A DNA stretch of 64,000 nucleotides from an uncultured bacterium (GCA_963762095.1 CAVXJI010000004.1:153-64152); one strand, 5' to 3'. Positions 8,930 through 18,554 are shown, counted from the first letter of the stretch. Notes: generated from the letters alone by a model not told the origin. Numbers and translations are program-made.

Positions 8930-10663
8930 TCAAGATGCCGAAAAAATTGATCGGTATTTTTCTGCACATGCAAGATGAAGATAAATTTGATCATCAAGTT
9001 TATCTATTTCTCTATTAACAGCATCCGTTACGCTAACCCGACCCCAGTTTTCATCATTCTTAATTCTTTCGAGTACTTCTTGAGTCAAAGAGGGAAGCTG
9101 CCCCAACCGACCGCTAAACGGTTGCCACCCAAAGGCTACTAATAGCTTGCCAAGCTTTTCTGCCAGATCGTGCCCATAGGCTGGCGAGCTTTTCAGCAAA
9201 TCTATTACTGGTTTATATTTTTCTAGATGAATCATATATTTTTGCTTGCATTCCTCCAGCAATTTTTTGGCAACAGTACATGCACTTTCACTTTTAAGAA
9301 CCAAATAGTTAATGCCATCTCCCGATTGAATTAATCTCAACGCCTCTCTGACTTGGTTCTTTGAAGCAGCAGTCATAAGAGGTGTCCAATCATTCTGTCT
9401 CTCACAATCAGCATGCTCACGCATCAATAAACCCAACAAAAGTACTTGGTCTACAGCATCATCATAAGCTTGCCGAGCAATATCCATCGCTGTCCCCGCT
9501 CCGGACTCCTCTCTGACATCGCCGCCTGCCTTCATTAGGCACGCAACCATCTCAAAATCGCCCCTTTGTGCAGCTTGCATGAGCGGTGTCCATCCAGCAG
9601 AAGTACGAGCGTTCGGATCGGCTTGTGCGCGCAAGAGTTTTGTCAATATGATGGGTCGATTCCAACACGCCGCCACCAGAAGAGGCGGAAGTATATCCAA
9701 ATATGCCCCGCGGCTATCTTGAGGACTCACAAAAATCGGTTTAACAATTCCCTGAATACGCTGCAAATGAGGATCGGTTGAAATATAATAATTAGGTTCA
9801 GCCCCGCAATTTAGTAAGGTATCCACTTCTTCTTGAGAATCTTCATATACGGCTGTTACCAAGCGGCTATTAATATATTTTTTAAATAGAAGTCCTTTAA
9901 GTGCTAGCAAGTCATCGCTAAGCAGGGTGGAGCAAACAAGCGCCTCCAAGTAACTACGCTGGCGGATCGCCTTGGTATAACGCTCGGATATATATTCATG
10001 TACAGCCGTCTTGCTCTTATTCTCCAAGATTTTTGGGGTATTGAGATCAGGCCGCGTTAATGAGGGAAGCCTTTGTGGAAGTAGAGTATTTAATAGTCCC
10101 GTCACAATCATCAATTCTTTTTGATCACCTTTGTCCTGAGTATCAAACAGTCGGGAAGCTAAGTGAAGCAAACATAACCTTTCTTTTTTTAGCACCTCTA
10201 TTGCCAAGTCAGTATCTCTTGTTACTACCGTCGCCTTTTGCCGGGCATCTTTAATAGCTATAAGCATATATCGGGCACTTTCTTGCTCCAATATATCGTG
10301 GCCCCTTTTAGCAATCTGCCACCTTTTTTGAAAATATTCTTCGACGGTCATTTGTGTATCAGCATCGAAAAGTATCGGTTTATGCAGCTGCAAATCATGC
10401 ATTACCACATCAGCTTGGGGAGCTGAATGACGCGCAAGCATCAACTTTAACTGATCTGCTCGTCTAGCCTGTTTGTCCTGATCCAAATAAAAGTCGGACA
10501 TCGCTTGCACAGATAATTTAGAATCAATATCCTGTTGCTCGCGCGTCCATGTATGACGATCCGTAACGGCTGTTGCACGTTTTATCCGCGGTGGTGCTTC
10601 CATAGCGAAACATTGAAGGCCTTGAAAAAGTAAAAAAATCCCCGGAACTAAAGCTTGTATCAT
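8930..10663 (-). CDS. Secreted ankyrin-repeat protein
   Basis: 577 aa. Leader ends QCFAMEAP. ANK units include GWTPLMQAAQRGDFEMVACLMKAGGDV and NDWTPLMTAASKNQVREALRLIQSGDGIN. Confidence 0.8.
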   Translation of the reverse strand: MIQALVPGIFLLFQGLQCFAMEAPPRIKRATAVTDRHTWTREQQDIDSKLSVQAMSDFYLDQDKQARRADQLKLMLARHSAPQADVVMHDLQLHKPILFDADTQMTVEEYFQKRWQIAKRGHDILEQESARYMLIAIKDARQKATVVTRDTDLAIEVLKKERLCLLHLASRLFDTQDKGDQKELMIVTGLLNTLLPQRLPSLTRPDLNTPKILENKSKTAVHEYISERYTKAIRQRSYLEALVCSTLLSDDLLALKGLLFKKYINSRLVTAVYEDSQEEVDTLLNCGAEPNYYISTDPHLQRIQGIVKPIFVSPQDSRGAYLDILPPLLVAACWNRPIILTKLLRAQADPNARTSAGWTPLMQAAQRGDFEMVACLMKAGGDVREESGAGTAMDIARQAYDDAVDQVLLLGLLMREHADCERQNDWTPLMTAASKNQVREALRLIQSGDGINYLVLKSESACTVAKKLLEECKQKYMIHLEKYKPVIDLLKSSPAYGHDLAEKLGKLLVAFGWQPFSGRLGQLPSLTQEVLERIKNDENWGRVSVTDAVNREIDKLDDQIYLHLACAEKYRSIFSAS

Positions 10664-11107
10664 GATTTTGAGTCCTTTATTAGATTAAAACTATATGTTC
10701 GATTATAACAGCATAAGGAAAAACGGCAAGCATCTATTGCCAAGCAGAACTAACTATAGGCAGTAAAATTACAGATGTGAATAAGATCACGCTGTATTAT
10801 ATAATAATGTAATCTAGATCTAATAGTTTTGCATCAGCATCCGGCCAAAGCAGCGTAAGTTCATTAAAAGAAAAAACCGTCAATCCCTGGCCATTCGTTA
10901 CCACCCACTCGCGCATCTCGTGCGCTCCATCGAGCGAGCATTTATAGCAATTTAGTTTTTGGCCATGCTCAATTGTAGGGCTAAGTTGCTACCATTTTAC
11001 TTATATTTTTTTTATAAGACAGGCTTGACTGCTTGGGGCAAAAATAATGGTAGATTGGCAAATATATGATATACTAATAAATTATCATACGCCTTAAGGA
11101 TTGAACC

Positions 11108-12193
11108 ATGTTAGTAGATGAATTACGCGAGAAAATGAAAAGTGCTGAGCCTGATATTAAGGTAATAAAGACCTATTGGGAGAACTCCCATTTAGAAGAT
11201 GAGTACCAGCGCCTACATGCCGTAAGTGTACAAGAAAATTTTTGGCAAAATCCTCAGCAAACTGAAATATTGAAACAGTTGCAGAAGGTTCGATTAAGCC
11301 GTGATCAGTATAATGAGGTCATGACTGCTCACAGTGAACTGAGTGAACTTATAGATCTTTTTGAAACGGATGAGGCAGAACTTTCTAAGCTGCGTGAAGA
11401 TATTTTTAGATGGGCAAAAAACGTTTCACGCTTTAAAATCAATTTGCTTCTAAATGAAGAAAGTGATCATTCTAATTGCTTCTTTAGTATAAATTCAGGA
11501 GCTGGCGGAACAGAATCCCAAGACTGGGCGGAAATCCTTCTTCGTATGTATGTCCGTTTTGCCGAACGGGAAAATATGTCTGCTAGCATTCTCGACTACC
11601 AACCCGGAGAAGCAGCCGGTATAAAGTCGGCAACCTTATTTATTAAAGGAAAGAATGCCTATGGTCTTCTAAAAGGCGAACAAGGTATTCATCGTTTAGT
11701 AAGAATCTCGCCTTATGATGCAAATAAAAGAAGACACACGTCCTTTGCAGCGGCGTCGATCATACCCGAAATCGCAACCACCGAAATCACTATCGATCCC
11801 AAAGATTTACGAATTGATACGTATCGAGCTGGCGGAGCAGGTGGCCAGCATGTTAATAAAACTGACTCAGCAGTACGAATTACCCACATACCTACCAATA
11901 TAGTCGTTCAGTGCCAAAATGAGCGCTCCCAAACTCAGAATAAAGAAACAGCCATGAAAATGCTTATGGCAAAACTCAAACAAAAAGAGAAAGAAGAGCA
12001 AAAGGCAAAAGAAGCGGCCGTCGAAAAAAAGAAAATTGAATGGGGATCCCAAATACGATCTTATATTCTCCATCCCTATAAACTTGTTAAAGACCACCGC
12101 ACAGAGCTTGAATCTCAGCAACCAGATCTAGTACTTGACGGAGATATAATGGATTTCATAGAAGCCGAATTAATCCACATGCAAACATCCTGA
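11108..12193 (+). CDS. prfB: Peptide chain release factor 2 (single frame, no programmed frameshift)
   Basis: 361 aa. GGQ motif RAGGAGGQHVNKTDSAVRITH. The RF2-type block HRLVRISPYDANKRRHTSF reads SPY where SPF is expected. Confidence 0.9.
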   Translation: MLVDELREKMKSAEPDIKVIKTYWENSHLEDEYQRLHAVSVQENFWQNPQQTEILKQLQKVRLSRDQYNEVMTAHSELSELIDLFETDEAELSKLREDIFRWAKNVSRFKINLLLNEESDHSNCFFSINSGAGGTESQDWAEILLRMYVRFAERENMSASILDYQPGEAAGIKSATLFIKGKNAYGLLKGEQGIHRLVRISPYDANKRRHTSFAAASIIPEIATTEITIDPKDLRIDTYRAGGAGGQHVNKTDSAVRITHIPTNIVVQCQNERSQTQNKETAMKMLMAKLKQKEKEEQKAKEAAVEKKKIEWGSQIRSYILHPYKLVKDHRTELESQQPDLVLDGDIMDFIEAELIHMQTS

Positions 12194-12228
12194 CAATCTG
12201 TTGAAGTTCCTTGCATAGCCGATCTGAA

Positions 12229-12324
12229 TTACACAAAAGCGGAAGTAATCACTTTGCGTTGATGGTCGCTTTTGCACTTTATTGCACCATCCACGCGCTA
12301 AGGCACGATGCCTTTCCGGTATAG
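12229..12324. repeat. Degenerate copy of the hairpin repeat also found at 18276..18366
   Basis: Shares cgcttttgcactttattgca...atccacg.gc.aa.gcacgatg.ctttc with the element next to the TnpB relic. Confidence 0.55.
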
Positions 12325-12478
12325 TTATAAAGGCTCATTAACCGACTAAACATATCTAGCAAGTAGTATGTGCTGACAAACAAATAAGAGTGTTTCCTCA
12401 ATTACTTTTATAGGATTTATATTGAATGCCACCTAAGATACTCTATCTGAACTCAAAATTTAGCCTACGAAGATACTC

Positions 12479-14131
12479 CTAAAAGAAAGCCTTTATAAGC
12501 ATCCATAATGAATTGGCTGCAAAAACCCCTGACCAGAATGGATAGTATTCTTCCTTGTCTTTAACCAGATAGGTGGATAGTCCACCAATAATAAGCATTA
12601 ATGAAGCCTCGGCCGGCATTAAAATCCCACCCAACATAAGAGCGGAATTTACTTTAACAAACTTTAAAAGATAACCAAAAACGAGCCCCAAAAGTAGAGC
12701 AAGAGTATCAAATCGTTGTACATTCACAAGCAATGCACGATAGGCCGCACGACTTGCGGGCAGAGCGCCAGGTTCATTTCCGATACCAAAATGCGAGATA
12801 AGTAGCCAAAAAATCACACCAATGAGGAGTGAACTAACGACCAAGCCAAACCATTGGTATTGCTGTATTCTTTTACCATCTATGTCAGCCAACTGCGCCA
12901 TCTTACGCCCAAATAGACAATCGCAGGCTACTCCTCCGGCAATTTCAACATAGGTTGAAACGACCGTTATCTGCAAAGGAGTATAGCCAAACAAAAACAT
13001 CCCCGGCACCATAACAAAAGTAGCAAAACGGCCAAGGGGAGCCAAACCAATTTTTCCTGCAATCAGCATCATTTGATAGATGCATATAAGAGTAAAGGTA
13101 ACAAGATACAGGGTGGCACTCCATGAAAATTGAACTGCTGTAAGGAAAAGTCCATTAAAAAAAAGAGTGCCTCCAATTAAGAGCCACGGTAATTTTGGCG
13201 CGGTTCTTTCCTTATGTATGTGAAAAAATTTACGAAAAACGGAGCGCACAAGCTTTGGCAATTCCAGAAAACCGGTCATTGCCCCATAAATGACCATACC
13301 GCTGCAAAAAGCCACTGTAAAATCCCTTAAAGAAAGAGAACTTCCCGCGGGGGCACTTATTATTTTTGATAAACCGTGTTCATATAAAAAAGTTGAAATC
13401 CAAGGATATATATAATGAAGGGGTTCAATAATAAGTATATTTGCAAGAAATCCCAGCAACAAAGGAATGGCTATCACATGACCCGTGACAAAGCCGATCG
13501 CCCAGTACATGGGCAAGAGGTCCGTTTGGACTGCAATCTGGGGAATTGTGGTGAACCCTAAAGAATATTTTGGGAAAAGAAGAATCTGCTTGGGAGCAAA
13601 ACTGCTGAGAGTTCTTATAAGGAGAAAAGCCTGGGTGCCTAAAAACCCTACCCCCAATGAAACAGCTTTTCGCATGCTGTCTCCAACACTAATCATTTTG
13701 TAGACCAACTCCCCTATAGGAAAAGGAAGTGCTTCACGTACTATAAGAGAATGCTCAAAAATAGTTGCAAGCATAAGTCCCAGTGACCCGGCAGCAAGCG
13801 CGAGGCAACTTAAGAGCAAAGCAAAAGAAAAAGGGCTCTTCATTAAGCAACAAAACGCTGCGTTATCTATAAAGAATAATGTTGGAAATGAAAACCCACA
13901 TGCCGTTGCTAAAATGCCCCCTATGCCCCCGGCGGCGGTTGCAAGGCCGAGCGATTGTGTTCGTGCGCTTGGAGTAACAAACCCATTAAACAGATAAAAA
14001 ATAAGCATCCCGCCTAGCACTAAGGTTGCTTCTATCCAAGGGCCCAAAGAAGTCGATAGTGCTATATAACTATTTATAGCCGTAGCAAAAAATGAAAGTA
14101 AAAAAGCAACACCAACCGTTAAAAAAAACAT
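12479..14131 (-). CDS. OPT-family oligopeptide transporter-like polytopic membrane protein
   Basis: 550 aa with at least 14 hydrophobic segments. REALPFPIGELVYKMI resembles the OPT LPFPSG motif. The family call is by pattern only. Confidence 0.55.
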   Translation of the reverse strand: MFFLTVGVAFLLSFFATAINSYIALSTSLGPWIEATLVLGGMLIFYLFNGFVTPSARTQSLGLATAAGGIGGILATACGFSFPTLFFIDNAAFCCLMKSPFSFALLLSCLALAAGSLGLMLATIFEHSLIVREALPFPIGELVYKMISVGDSMRKAVSLGVGFLGTQAFLLIRTLSSFAPKQILLFPKYSLGFTTIPQIAVQTDLLPMYWAIGFVTGHVIAIPLLLGFLANILIIEPLHYIYPWISTFLYEHGLSKIISAPAGSSLSLRDFTVAFCSGMVIYGAMTGFLELPKLVRSVFRKFFHIHKERTAPKLPWLLIGGTLFFNGLFLTAVQFSWSATLYLVTFTLICIYQMMLIAGKIGLAPLGRFATFVMVPGMFLFGYTPLQITVVSTYVEIAGGVACDCLFGRKMAQLADIDGKRIQQYQWFGLVVSSLLIGVIFWLLISHFGIGNEPGALPASRAAYRALLVNVQRFDTLALLLGLVFGYLLKFVKVNSALMLGGILMPAEASLMLIIGGLSTYLVKDKEEYYPFWSGVFAANSLWMLIKAFF

Positions 14132-14363
14132 GAGTTCCTCACAAAAAGCATTCTCTTACTAAATGTAAACAACGCCCACAAAAAGTAAAGTTTTGCTTAT
14201 AGGAACGATCTTTTTAAGCATAAGAGTTTTTTGAGTTTTTGATAATTGAAAATATTTTTAAAAAATTATTGCTTTTTAAATTCCTACTATGACATAATAA
14301 AAAGTGTATAAGCGCTTATGAGAGAAAACATTATTAACACAAATCTTTTCAAAAGGAGAAATT

Positions 14364-14768
14364 ATGAAAAGAATGATATTTGCTACGATAGCATTATTAA
14401 TGACAGCTGGCGTTGTCCAAGCTGGATGGTTCGGTAGAGGATGTAATGGTTGCCCACGTCGCTCAGTATGTGAGCCAGTATGTGCGCAAACATGTGAGCC
14501 AGCAATACCTAAATGCTGCAAAACCATTAAAGTTCCTGTAACAGTAATGGAAGACAGAGTAATTGAAGTTCCTGCTCGTAAGATTGTGACACCAGTACCT
14601 GATGTTATCGAGTACATACCACAAGCTCCAACCGAAATAAGAACTCCACAACCTCCAATACCGCAACCTGATATCATTACGTATCGTTGCAACCCAGACA
14701 AGATTGTACGTCATCCGCAACCACCATGCGTGCGTTATGAATGTACACCTGATTGCCAACAATCGTAA
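14364..14768 (+). CDS. Secreted Cys/Pro-rich small protein
   Basis: 134 aa. AAAGGAGAA RBS and signal peptide MKRMIFATIALLMTAGVVQA. The mature part has 12 Cys (clustered at both ends) and a Pro/Val/Ile-rich centre. Confidence 0.6.
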   Translation: MKRMIFATIALLMTAGVVQAGWFGRGCNGCPRRSVCEPVCAQTCEPAIPKCCKTIKVPVTVMEDRVIEVPARKIVTPVPDVIEYIPQAPTEIRTPQPPIPQPDIITYRCNPDKIVRHPQPPCVRYECTPDCQQS

Positions 14769-14872
14769 GGCGTAATCAGATTCTTCAAAAAGCGATTTAC
14801 TAGTTAAAAAAATTCCCTAACTTTAGTACCATAAAGTTAGGGAATTTCTCTTTCTTTAAAACTAGGTACCCT

Positions 14873-15310
14873 ATGAACTCATTCCATCTTGGCATTTATG
14901 GCGTTATCCTTAAAAATGGATCCATCCTCCTTGTCGGCAAATCACGGGGACCCTATACCGGTCTTTTGGATCTTCCCGGCGGCAAGCCTGAACATGCCGA
15001 ATCAATCTTTCATACGTTATCCCGAGAGATTCAAGAGGAAACGGGGATCGCTGTAGTAACGAGTAGCTTATTTGATAATAGGTCTACCACAGTTAATTAC
15101 AATGAAAACGGATACGCCACATCACTCCATCACATAGGCCTTATCTATCTAATTGATGAATATGATGACTCAGCAATAAGATTCAATACAACCAATGAAG
15201 ACGTGATCGGCGCAGGCTGGCATAAGATCGAGGATGTGCAGGAAACGGAGGTAACTCCTTTTGCAGACTACGTAATTAAAGCTCTCAAAAACAATCCTAT
15301 TTTGTGGTAA
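14873..15310 (+). CDS. NUDIX hydrolase
   Basis: The Nudix box GKPEHAESIFHTLSREIQEETGI fits GX5EX7REUXEEXGU exactly. Confidence 0.85.
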   Translation: MNSFHLGIYGVILKNGSILLVGKSRGPYTGLLDLPGGKPEHAESIFHTLSREIQEETGIAVVTSSLFDNRSTTVNYNENGYATSLHHIGLIYLIDEYDDSAIRFNTTNEDVIGAGWHKIEDVQETEVTPFADYVIKALKNNPILW

Positions 15311-15333
15311 TAGACTAGCATCTAGGCTAAGAG

Positions 15334-15672
15334 TTATACCATTTCGCGAAGGTGATCAGAACCTGCAAGAAAATGCATATGGAGATGAAACACTCGCTGC
15401 CCTGCATTATAGCCATTATTGATTACTAGCTTATATTCTTTAGCTTCGGGATTTTCTTGAGCAATTTGTTGCGCCATGGCAATCATGCTTGACGCCAAAC
15501 AGCAGTTATCGAGTTCAGTCAGGTCTTTATAGTGCTTTTTTGGCATAATAACATAGTGAATGGACGCTTTTGGCGCAATATCCTTGATTGCTATAACTTT
15601 ATCATTTTCAGCAATTATAGTGGCTGGGATTTGATGGGCAATAATTTTGCAAAATACACAATCAGTCAACAT
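15334..15672 (-). CDS. HIT-family (histidine triad) nucleotide-binding protein
   Basis: 112 aa. N-terminal CVFCKI and the histidine triad HLHMHFL. Confidence 0.85.
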   Translation of the reverse strand: MLTDCVFCKIIAHQIPATIIAENDKVIAIKDIAPKASIHYVIMPKKHYKDLTELDNCCLASSMIAMAQQIAQENPEAKEYKLVINNGYNAGQRVFHLHMHFLAGSDHLREMV

Positions 15673-15685
15673 GACAACTCATTTT

Positions 15686-15772
15686 TGGTGCCGGGGGTCG
15701 GACTCGAACCGACACGGTATTGCTACCGCGGGATTTTGAGTCCCGTGCGTCTGCCAATTTCGCCACCCCGGC
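15686..15772 (-). tRNA. tRNA-Leu (anticodon CAA), CCA encoded
   Basis: The reverse complement gccggggtggcgaaattggcagacgcacgggactCAAaatcccg...ggttcgagtccgacccccggcacca folds as a class II tRNA with a long variable arm. Confidence 0.9.
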
Positions 15773-15918
15773 TTAGGTTTGCTAGATCATTATTATGAAA
15801 GTTTAATCAAAATCGTGAAATAATCAATCATGGAAAGAAAGCATCAATTGAAATAAGCTCACGGAAAGTAATGATGGAAATCATTGGATATGACAAAGAA
15901 TGTCCATACTCGTCTCAA

Positions 15919-16230
15919 TTATACTGGGCTGGGGATAAGAAAACCCGAGTAAGTATAGATATATAAGGCCCGTCCCAATAATATTGGTGGTAGCTCATAA
16001 TGGCAGCCGTTTATCCATAATTCATCATCTAGTTCCTGTGCAAATCTCAACTTCCCGTAATCACCATAATCTATTATCGTTTTGGAGCTATTACCTGTAC
16101 CTGCAGTGTCTACAACAGCAACTTCGATAGCAGCCCCACTCACATTCTTAATAACGATTGACTGAGCAGTACACCCTTGAATAAGGGCAACCAACGCACA
16201 AAATACTATTTTTTTCAACGAAAACCTCAT
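15919..16230 (-). CDS. Small lipoprotein-like secreted protein
   Basis: 103 aa. Leader with a lipobox-like ALIQGC. Confidence 0.5.
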   Translation of the reverse strand: MRFSLKKIVFCALVALIQGCTAQSIVIKNVSGAAIEVAVVDTAGTGNSSKTIIDYGDYGKLRFAQELDDELWINGCHYELPPILLGRALYIYTYSGFLIPSPV

Positions 16231-16318
16231 TTTAAAGAGCTATTTATAGAGTATTATTACCATTACAAAAAGTGTAATCGAAAACACCAAATAATCAAAT
16301 TAAAAAAAGTGGAAATAA

Positions 16319-17494
16319 TTAGCTTAGAATCGAGGATAACGATAGTATTGGTATATAGATGGCAAAAATAAGACAAGCAATTAATGCACCCAAAATAAGA
16401 AGTAGGACCGGCTGAATGAGAGTTGAGTAGCGAGCAATGGCAACATATACTTTCTGACGGCAGGTTTCTGAAATGTGGCTTAACATCGCTTCTAGCGATC
16501 CAGATGATTCGCCTATGACAATGCATGCATCTATTTCCGGGCAGGCAAAAAGACTTTGACTCACCCCAGCAGAAAGAGGTTGTCCAGACTCGATAAGCTT
16601 TGTAATAGACCTTATTTCTTTTTTAATAGTGCTTTGGGATAGTGTGCTTTCAGTTATTTGTAAGGCTTGTGCAAGCGGGATGCCATTTTTCATCAACATG
16701 CTGAGTGTGGTAAAAAAGCGCGCTTGGTGCATGGTGCGATAAAATGAACTTAAGACTGGCATTCTTAAGACAAATGCTTCCCATATCCGAGCCTGGGTTT
16801 CTTTGAGAAGCAGTCGTATAAGCGCTCCTCCTAAAATACAAGCTGATACCGCGCAGATCATATACCAGGAACGCATAAAAGAACTGATTGCCAAAATGCT
16901 TTTTGTAAGAAACGGAAGCGACGCATTATAAGAAGCAAAATAGACCTCAAACCGGGGTATAACCCCAATAAAAATCGCCATCATTACCAGAAAAAAAACG
17001 GACAAAGTAATCAAAGGACCCGTTAACGAGGAGCGAATTTTCTGTTTAAACTCATTCATTATCGTCATATGCTCAGCCAGTTCACCCAACATTCTGCCCA
17101 TATCACCGGTCTTTTCACCCACGGTAATCATCGCATAGGATAGATCGTCGGAAAGACCATGTATTTTTAACGCGTCACTCAGCGGCATACCTTCGGCAAT
17201 AAGAGCTGCACAATCGGTCACCAAAATTCTTAAGGGTTTTTTAGCCATTGAGGCAATAATAGTAAGTGCTTTATGGAGTGGAATATGAGCATTAAGCAAT
17301 GAGCTTAAATGAGAAAAAAATGCATATCTTTCCTGAGGAGTAATGCGTCGCGTCAATAGCGAAGGCCACGCCTGTATCAAACCAATATTTTTTTTAAGAA
17401 GAAGCCCTTTAAGATCATCAACCGAACGAGCAAAAAGTGTACCTTTCGCCACATTTCCGCTAAGATCAAGACCCTTCCAGGCATAGACAGGCAT
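16319..17494 (-). CDS. Type II secretion / type IV pilus platform protein (GspF/PilC family)
   Basis: 391 aa. Two GspF-type repeats and three TM segments in the usual layout (e.g. LSDALKIHGL..., TVGEKTGDMGRMLGELA, GESSGSLEAML). Confidence 0.8.
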   Translation of the reverse strand: MPVYAWKGLDLSGNVAKGTLFARSVDDLKGLLLKKNIGLIQAWPSLLTRRITPQERYAFFSHLSSLLNAHIPLHKALTIIASMAKKPLRILVTDCAALIAEGMPLSDALKIHGLSDDLSYAMITVGEKTGDMGRMLGELAEHMTIMNEFKQKIRSSLTGPLITLSVFFLVMMAIFIGVIPRFEVYFASYNASLPFLTKSILAISSFMRSWYMICAVSACILGGALIRLLLKETQARIWEAFVLRMPVLSSFYRTMHQARFFTTLSMLMKNGIPLAQALQITESTLSQSTIKKEIRSITKLIESGQPLSAGVSQSLFACPEIDACIVIGESSGSLEAMLSHISETCRQKVYVAIARYSTLIQPVLLLILGALIACLIFAIYIPILSLSSILS

Positions 17495-17498
17495 AGAT

Positions 17499-17792
17499 TT
17501 ACCTATTCATAAAACTTTTTTGAACTGCCAGGCCAAGTCTAGAGATAACCTCGTCATACGTCAATGTAAGCTCTATCCTAATTTTTTTCTTGCGACTTGT
17601 AGCTCCAGCTATAATTGAAACCGCAGCTTGTGTGGTATTCAAAGCTTGTGCAAGATATTTAATCAGCTCACGATTGGCTTTTCCATCTTCTGGCGGGCTT
17701 TTTAAATAAATTTTGAGTTTGTTGGAAGCGTCAAGGCACGCGCCTAACTTACCCGAACTGGGAACTACCTTCACCTCAATAATAATAGGCAT
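17499..17792 (-). CDS. DUF167 (YggU) family protein
   Basis: 97 aa. VKVVPSSGK...PPEDGKANRELIKYLAQAL is typical of UPF0235/YggU. Confidence 0.75.
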   Translation of the reverse strand: MPIIIEVKVVPSSGKLGACLDASNKLKIYLKSPPEDGKANRELIKYLAQALNTTQAAVSIIAGATSRKKKIRIELTLTYDEVISRLGLAVQKSFMNR

Positions 17793-17849
17793 TATGTAAT
17801 CCTCATCACATTACGGCAAAATTGATAATCAACCACCACCACGCCCATT

Positions 17850-18240
17850 TTACACAACTCTCTTCTGAATTACGCCCGGCATTAATGCCGGAGGTTCTAA
17901 GGTCGCTGGCATCCACGGCGTTGCCTCTTCAGGGGTATCAGTTCTCCCATTGAGCGCAACCCTGTCTACGCTCAATCGACCTATGCCTTCTTGATGCTTT
18001 GCTATATGAAATGCAGCATTTACATCGGCATGATCAACGTGCCCGCACTCATGGCACTTAAATGATTTACCATTTCTATTGCCTAGCTTATAACAACGCT
18101 ACAATTTTGCTGGTGTAAGCTGGGCTAACATAGATTTTTGGTATTCCAAGCAGCTTGGCCTTATAGCTAAACAATTGCGTAGCTGATAATATGACCAACT
18201 GTGCAAAGAATGTTTAAATGAATGCGTTACTTTTTGCTTG
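17850..18240 (-). pseudogene. Relic of an IS200/IS605-family tnpB (OrfB, RuvC-III plus zinc ribbon), truncated and frameshifted
   Basis: My minus-strand translation reads HSWSYYQLR..YKAKLLGIPKIYVSPAYTSKI / (stop and frame change) / GNRNGKSFKCHECGHVDHADVNAAFHIAKHQEG...TLEPPALMPG*. This is the TnpB C-terminal signature. The N-terminal two thirds are missing. Confidence 0.7.
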
Positions 18241-18275
18241 CCTCTTATTTCCTTTATGAATATAAGCAGCATTTT

Positions 18276-18366
18276 AACACAAATAAGCTACAAAAGCCAT
18301 CGCGCTTTTGCACTTTATTGCATTATTCATCCACGTGCAAAAGCACGATGGCTTTCTGCTATGCAG
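18276..18366. repeat. Imperfect 21-bp inverted repeat (hairpin) next to the tnpB relic; possible IS605-type subterminal hairpin
   Basis: Arms are aaagccatcgcgcttttgcac (18293..18313) and gtgcaaaagcacgatggcttt (18335..18355). They match at 20 of 21 positions with a 21-nt loop. Confidence 0.6.
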
Positions 18367-18452
18367 TAGTAAACCTTTTTCTTGGATTGAGCGCAGGTGA
18401 TGCGGAATTTGTCATAAATTTCACATTGCTATATACTTGTTAATAAGTATTT

Positions 18453-18543
18453 GGAGAGGTGGCTGAGTGGTCTAAAGCGCTTGCCTGCTAAGCAAGAGTC
18501 TGGGTAACTGGGCGCGAGGGTTCGAATCCCTCCTTCTCCACCA
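18453..18543 (+). tRNA. tRNA-Ser (anticodon GCU), CCA encoded
   Basis: ggagaggtggctgagtggtc...cttgcctGCTaagcaag, a long variable arm, T-arm gagggttcgaatccctc and 3' end cttctccacca. Confidence 0.9.
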
Positions 18544-18554
18544 AAATAATATAT

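Noticed and set aside
10830-11000. Minus-strand open stretch ...HGQKLNCYKCSLDGAHEMREWVVTNGQGLTVFSFNELTLLWPDADAKLLDLDY...
   Set aside because: It has no start codon or RBS at its 5' end, is about 65 codons long and shows no recognisable motif. It may be a gene fragment but is not reportable.
11108-11200. Programmed +1 frameshift site in prfB
   Set aside because: I looked for an in-frame UGA with a CUU U slippery context near codon 25. The N-terminus is continuous in one frame from the ATG at 11108, so no recoding is needed.
14276-14762. Two long minus-strand ORFs (141 and 99 aa) overlapping the Cys/Pro-rich gene
   Set aside because: They have a repetitive, low-complexity composition (many G/T/C or W/Y/R residues) and no RBS. 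They are explained as shadow ORFs of the plus-strand gene, which has a strong RBS and a signal peptide.
16263-16526. 87-aa minus-strand ORF and 64-aa plus-strand ORF near the 3' end of the GspF/PilC gene
   Set aside because: The minus-strand ORF lies largely inside the well-supported 391-aa GspF-family ORF in another frame, extending only ~55 nt past its 3' end. The plus-strand ORF (16177..16371) runs antisense across the junction between the lipoprotein gene start and the GspF gene end. Their composition is Cys/His-rich or repetitive and they have no RBS.
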